The notes under the pieces were generated by a model that saw only the letters and a list, made by a program, of their open reading frames with translations, did not search any database and had not been told where the DNA came from. A DNA stretch of 64,000 nucleotides from Selaginella moellendorffii (taxonomy: Eukaryota > Plantae > Lycopodiophyta), in NCBI RefSeq assembly GCF_000143415.4, contig NW_003314277.1:1811185-1875184 (forward strand), written 5' to 3'. Shown one piece after another: positions 61,816-64,000 of the stretch (the first letter of the stretch is position 1; every line of letters starts with the position of its first letter). Made by a program: the position numbers and the translations under genes.

Positions 61816-63500
61816 TCATCCTGTGGTGTTGAATGTGAATTCCTCGTTCGTCGTGAGTTTGTCGCCCTTGTTCTTCCCAAGTGATGGGACATCGTCCTGG
61901 AAGTTGAAGCTCCTGGTGGAAGAAGTTCTCTCCACTGCGAGATCGTCAGAGATTGCGAGCTCCAAGCTTCCATCGATCTTCTCTCCACTGCCGAACGAAT
62001 CCATCTTTCCATCGCTCTCGCTCGAGAGCGAGTACCTGGAGCTCGTCACGCTCACCATCTGTCCCTCCGGCGAGCTCGAGGATCGGTCCAGGTTCTCGGC
62101 GGGACGAGGGCGATCGCGAGCGCGAGGGCGAGATGGCGACGCTGGCTTCACGTTTGTCCCGCCGGTCCAGACCATGAAGTAGAAGTCGATCGGCTCGCGA
62201 GCTTGCCTGTGAGATGAGATCTTCTCACTGATGGAATGAGCGTTGAAGCACCGGATGGCTCCCGAGGCCGAGACGAACCACGGCGTCACCTTCTCGCCAG
62301 CAACGCGGGAGACGACCAAGAGCTTGTTTGCTGAGCATGCCGCGTCGTAGATCTTTCGTAGCCCCGCTCGATCGGCCGCTGTTCCTATGTCTACCGATGA
62401 AACATAGCAAAATCCCTGCGAGAAAAAGTTCAACTTTAGCGCAGTTGGAGATCACTTCTACGCACCTCTTCTGTGCAAGTGATATTGACACCGAGCCGAG
62501 CTTCGTCATCGGTGGGCTGGAGTGTGATCGCGATCTCTCCTTCCGGTGGAGAGTACCAAAGCCTGATTGCCCGAGTTACATTAATTTCGGTACCTTCTAG
62601 TTCATGCAATGGATACATTCCCGAGTTTACCATCCCCAGAGGGTCCTCGGGATTGCTCGATCCAAAGTATTTCGACGTTGAGGACTGATACCAGAGATCA
62701 GCTTTGAAACGATAGAGAAAAAAGGAGAAGGAACTGGCATACCTGTAGAAACATTGGCTCGCTCTGGATATTCACAAAGATCACTGGAACGCCGGAGCTC
62801 TGCGAAGCCGACAGCCACGCCATTGCTCTAGCTGTAGTGTTCTCGAGATCGCCATCGCCACCCTCGTTGGCGCGTTGGAACGGCATCAAAATGAGCGAGA
62901 AAACCATGGCAGAATTGGGCGATGGGAGGAACTGGTGCATTTTGGATTGCCATGGATAGGAGATGAGCCGGTCCTTTATGGAGACTTGCTGGGAGACGCA
63001 GGGCCTCTTGAGCTTTTCCATAAGCCTTCTAGTCTGGTCTGCAAAACTAAGTAAAGTTCCATCAAATCACACTGTTCTAGGCAGTCGAGCAAGAAAAAAA
63101 TCCAAGTAGTACCTTGCAGAGCCACGCATTCTTCCTCGGTAGAGTCCATGAGCAGTGCGACGTAGTTCTTCTGGACGGGATCCGCAAACAAGTAGAGCTT
63201 CTTGCGCATCATCGCTTCCTCCGAGACAACACACACGCTCAAATCGACCTTAGTACCTCTTCGCTTCACTCTCGCCAGTGCCGTCTCGTTCGCCTTGTGG
63301 ATCTTCCGGAGCTCGCGCTGCAAGCCATACTTCCCGTCCTTGAAAGGCGCGCTGGCAAAGACATTGACCTCTTGCTTCACCGCCGTGATCTGCTCGATTA
63401 CATCCCCGGGCAGCAATCGGCCCTCGCTCCAATCCTCGGCGCCGCAGCCAGTGATGGATTTCACGGCCACCAGCGCCTGCCTCTCCGTCGGCCCTCCCAT
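61816..63500 (-). CDS. Conserved plant protein of unknown function with PDZ-like segments, multi-exon
   Basis: Spliced reading EDWS...LLPGDVIEQI, TTARAMAWLSASQSSGVPVIFVNIQ, RAIRLWYSP..GEI.I.L...RLG..I..TEEGFCYVSSV, KLLVVSRV.GEKV.PW. Recognised only as a plant family of unknown function. Confidence 0.65.
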
Positions 63501-64000
63501 GGAGAATCAAGATCGAGCAAAATGCTCATCCATCCAGCCTCCAAGCTCCGCGGTAGAAAATTCCCGAATTCCTGCGAGACGAAGTAGCCTGGAAATCAGC
63601 GCACAGGGATCGAGAAGAGGATTCCCCTGGCCCTGTTCGCCGCCATAGCCGTGCCGCACTGCCGGGCAGAGACGCGTTTGAAAAGTACTAGCACTAAGGT
63701 TTGGGCCCAAGATACTTTTCTTTAAATCCGGTTTAGGGTTCGAATTCTTTGACGAGCACTTGGGGGCTTTGCCAGGATTTCTAGGGTTCTTGGGAGCTCG
63801 CGCGCGAATCAAATATTTCCAGGGCTTGTGCTAGCGCCTTGATTTCCAGGGCTCTTGGCGCGCCGATCGCCACAATGTTTAGCGTCAAGGTTCACGAGAT
63901 AGGGGATCACTCGGTGCCGTCGGAGTTGCCGGATTGGATCGAGACCCTGAGGTTTTCTTCCGGGAATCCCAGAGTGGAGACTACACGCGGCGAAATGCAT

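Noticed and set aside
63700-64000. Start of a further gene after telo-boxes and short ATTTCCAGGGCT repeats
   Set aside because: Truncated by the window edge; no product can be supported.

Overview
Eukaryotic nuclear DNA from a land plant with flagellated sperm. The PF16/SPAG6 gene, 50-75 nt GT-AG introns and very short intergenic spacers most resemble a Selaginella-like lycophyte (inference). The left ~29.8 kb is AT-rich and transposon-dominated. It holds Cassandra-like TRIMs with 5S-rRNA-derived LTR cores, decayed Ty3/gypsy elements, a single-domain DUF26/Gnk2 gene, and a probable ~16 kb non-autonomous Helitron with captured gene fragments and an older bypassed terminus. A young 7.6 kb non-coding LTR element with minisatellite-bearing LTRs is nested in the Helitron, and a MITE lies further right. 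The right ~34 kb is GC-rich and gene-dense, with about 18 genes: vicilin, an OTU protease-RPC9 fusion, class III peroxidase, dirigent-like, GDSL lipase, B12D with a premature stop, SPCS1, cyclin T1, bHLH VIII, CDC7, coilin, WDR55, NDUFA3/B9, PF16, two intronless six-RRM paralogs, U2AF35 and a PDZ-like unknown. The most notable findings are: (1) an OTU deubiquitinase spliced in frame to RNA polymerase III subunit RPC9; (2) two U2AF65-RRM1-like multi-RRM genes in tandem with U2AF35, all three preceded by GNATATNC (P1BS) sites; (3) a multi-hairpin RNA module with tandem tRNA T-arm/B-box motifs shared by two related LTR elements; (4) 5S-bearing TRIMs, including a TRIM/gypsy chimera. All calls come from reading the sequence by eye; no searches were run.
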